Part shown: positions 62,514 through 64,000 of the stretch, piece by piece
Numbering within the stretch: the stretch's first letter is position 1
How the letters are laid out: the number at the start of each line of letters is the position of its first letter
Source: Isurus oxyrinchus
Lineage: Eukaryota
Direction: 5' to 3'
Assembly (NCBI GenBank): GCA_026770705.1
Contig: JANJGN010000026.1
Coordinates: 23,870,001-23,934,000, forward strand
Length of the DNA stretch: 64,000 nt
The notes under the pieces: generated by a model
The model's input: only the letters and a program-made list of their open reading frames with translations
The model's database searches: none
Told to the model about the DNA's origin: nothing
Translations under genes and position numbers: made by a program

Positions 62514-62532
62514 CGGCCACCAGGTGGCAGTG
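62514..62532 (+). promoter_or_regulatory. CTCF motif
   Basis: ggccaccaggtggcagt; oppositely oriented motif at 61694-61709. Confidence 0.7.
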
Positions 62533-62899
62533 AGATCACAGTTTCCCACTTTCGCGACCAGCGCATCCACCAACACAGACTGAAACTTGCTCAATATCAA
62601 TTATGGCGAAATTGCTTTGAATTCAGTTCTACCCACTTACGTTCCCAAATTTGCATACTGTCACATGTGCGCTCTGTGTAAATAAGCTGTGCAGGGTTTT
62701 TCTTAGGCCCAAAGCTTCCTTCAACCCTTGTTTTCAACATAATCCATTGATGCAGTTGACTAATATAATAATTCTTAAATTCCTGTCGTTATCCTGCTTG
62801 CCCCCTCAGGCAGTCAATACGAAAGTAACGTGACCTTTGCAAACATGCAGATTTACACAGTATTCAAATGAGGTATTATTACTGAATTCAGTTCCTTAC

Positions 62900-63290
62900 A
62901 GATTGAGCATTCATACGCTCACTCTTCTCGCGGTATGTCCGTTGCTTCTCTCCTTCGGGCCAGCATCTCTTCCCCTTTATTATTTTTAAAATTTCCGCAC
63001 GCCTGCCTTCTTTGGTTCTGTTTTGAGGAGCAGCGTAGTATGACGCTGATCTGTATTCTTGTTTCCCACAGAGCATTCCCTGCGCCGTTGACTCTGACTG
63101 CATCATAAGGATCCGTTTGGCATCTGTTCTCATCAATATATCACCTCCCAGTAATAACCACTCACCCCCTTCCCAGCAAAAATGCATTTCACCCTGCCCA
63201 AATTTCATTACAGTTAAAACGATGATGATGTTGCTTCAGGCTATGAGATGATAGTCACGGCAATAATGATGAGCGATCCCGATACATTCC
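62900..63290 (+). pseudogene. Possible very degenerate V remnant
   Basis: ..TLTLLA|GTATGT; ttcccacAG; PAPLTLTAS*GSV..; IVTAIMMSDPDTF; no RSS. Confidence 0.3.
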
Positions 63291-63329
63291 CACACCGTTA
63301 CAGCACAGAATGAAGCTATTGCCCCCTGC

Positions 63330-63830
63330 ATTCTAGAAGGAGAAACAATAAAAAATAAGGAAACCATTCTAAAGGATGTGCAGGAGCAGAGGGACCTGGG
63401 TGTATATGTGCATAGATTAATGAAGGTGGAAGGACAGGCAGAGAGAGCACTTAACAAAGAAGACAGAATCATGGATTTTATTAATACGGGCATAGGTTAC
63501 AAGAGCAAGGAGGTTTTGATGAGCTTATATAGGACATCAGCTGGAGTGTTGGGTACAGTTCTGGACAGCACATTATAGGAAGGATGTGACCGCTTCGGAG
63601 ACAGTGCAGGAGACGTTTACAAGAATGGTCCCAGGGATGAGAAACGTTAGCCATAAAGATAGATTGAAGAGATTGGGACTCTTCTCCTTGGAGGGGAGAA
63701 GGCTAAGGGGTGTTTTAATAGAGGTGTTCAAAACAAAGAGGGGGCTGGACAGAGCAGATAGGGAGAAATGGTCTCCGCATGTTAAAGGGTCAAGGGCGAG
63801 AGGGCACAGATTAAAAGTACGAGTGCTGGA
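63330..63830 (+). mobile_element. CR1-like LINE ORF2 fragment
   Basis: EQRDLGVYVH..; RLKRLGLFSLEGRRLRGVLIEVFK. Confidence 0.92.
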
Positions 63831-64000
63831 AGACATGGCCGTGTTAGTCAGCGACAGACTAGCGATGGTTAGGATGGTGGATTCAGCTGCTGCCTGAATC
63901 TCGGCAGAGAAACATATTTTGCCAAAATCCGTTTTGCAATCGTCACCCTAAGAAACTGTCCATGGGATGAAGTCAGGCTGCGTGGCTGGCTCATTCCACT

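Noticed and set aside
1-64000. NARTCR, IgNAR V or IgH-like (TAILV) segments
   Set aside because: The shortest Trp-to-second-Cys spans I counted are 54 residues with FR2 and CDR2 present, unlike VNAR; no IgH-type WVRQ..LEW or YCAR patterns and no D-J cassettes were seen. Alpha versus delta cannot be assigned without phylogeny.

Overview
Eukaryotic, not microbial. This is a vertebrate antigen-receptor V-gene array, most consistent with the T-cell receptor alpha/delta V region of a cartilaginous fish. The taxon is inferred from shark-type HE1-like and Deu-domain SINEs, CR1/HER1-like LINEs, a Penelope-like element and a 69-bp tandem repeat. I count about 20 V segments or remnants, on both strands, from several families. 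Four look fully intact (leader, GT-AG intron, Cys-Trp-Cys V exon, RSS). Two more have open V exons and good RSSs but atypical leaders. The rest are pseudogenes. No convincing D, J or C segments were seen. Main observations: (1) five V segments from two divergent families share a 3' module with a 24-bp-spacer RSS and a CTCF motif about 22-24 bp downstream, whereas most other countable RSSs have 23-bp spacers; (2) two V genes have a signal-peptide-like sequence contiguous with the V exon, apparently without a working leader intron; (3) a head-to-head V pair around a CTCF site occurs three times, with independent retroelement insertions in the promoters of the two dead copies; (4) a locus-specific upstream module recurs about eight times, once directly behind an RSS; (5) G/C-tract expansions occur inside V exons, and there is a templated inverted insertion inside a SINE. 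All alignments and motif calls were made by eye, and repeat boundaries are approximate.
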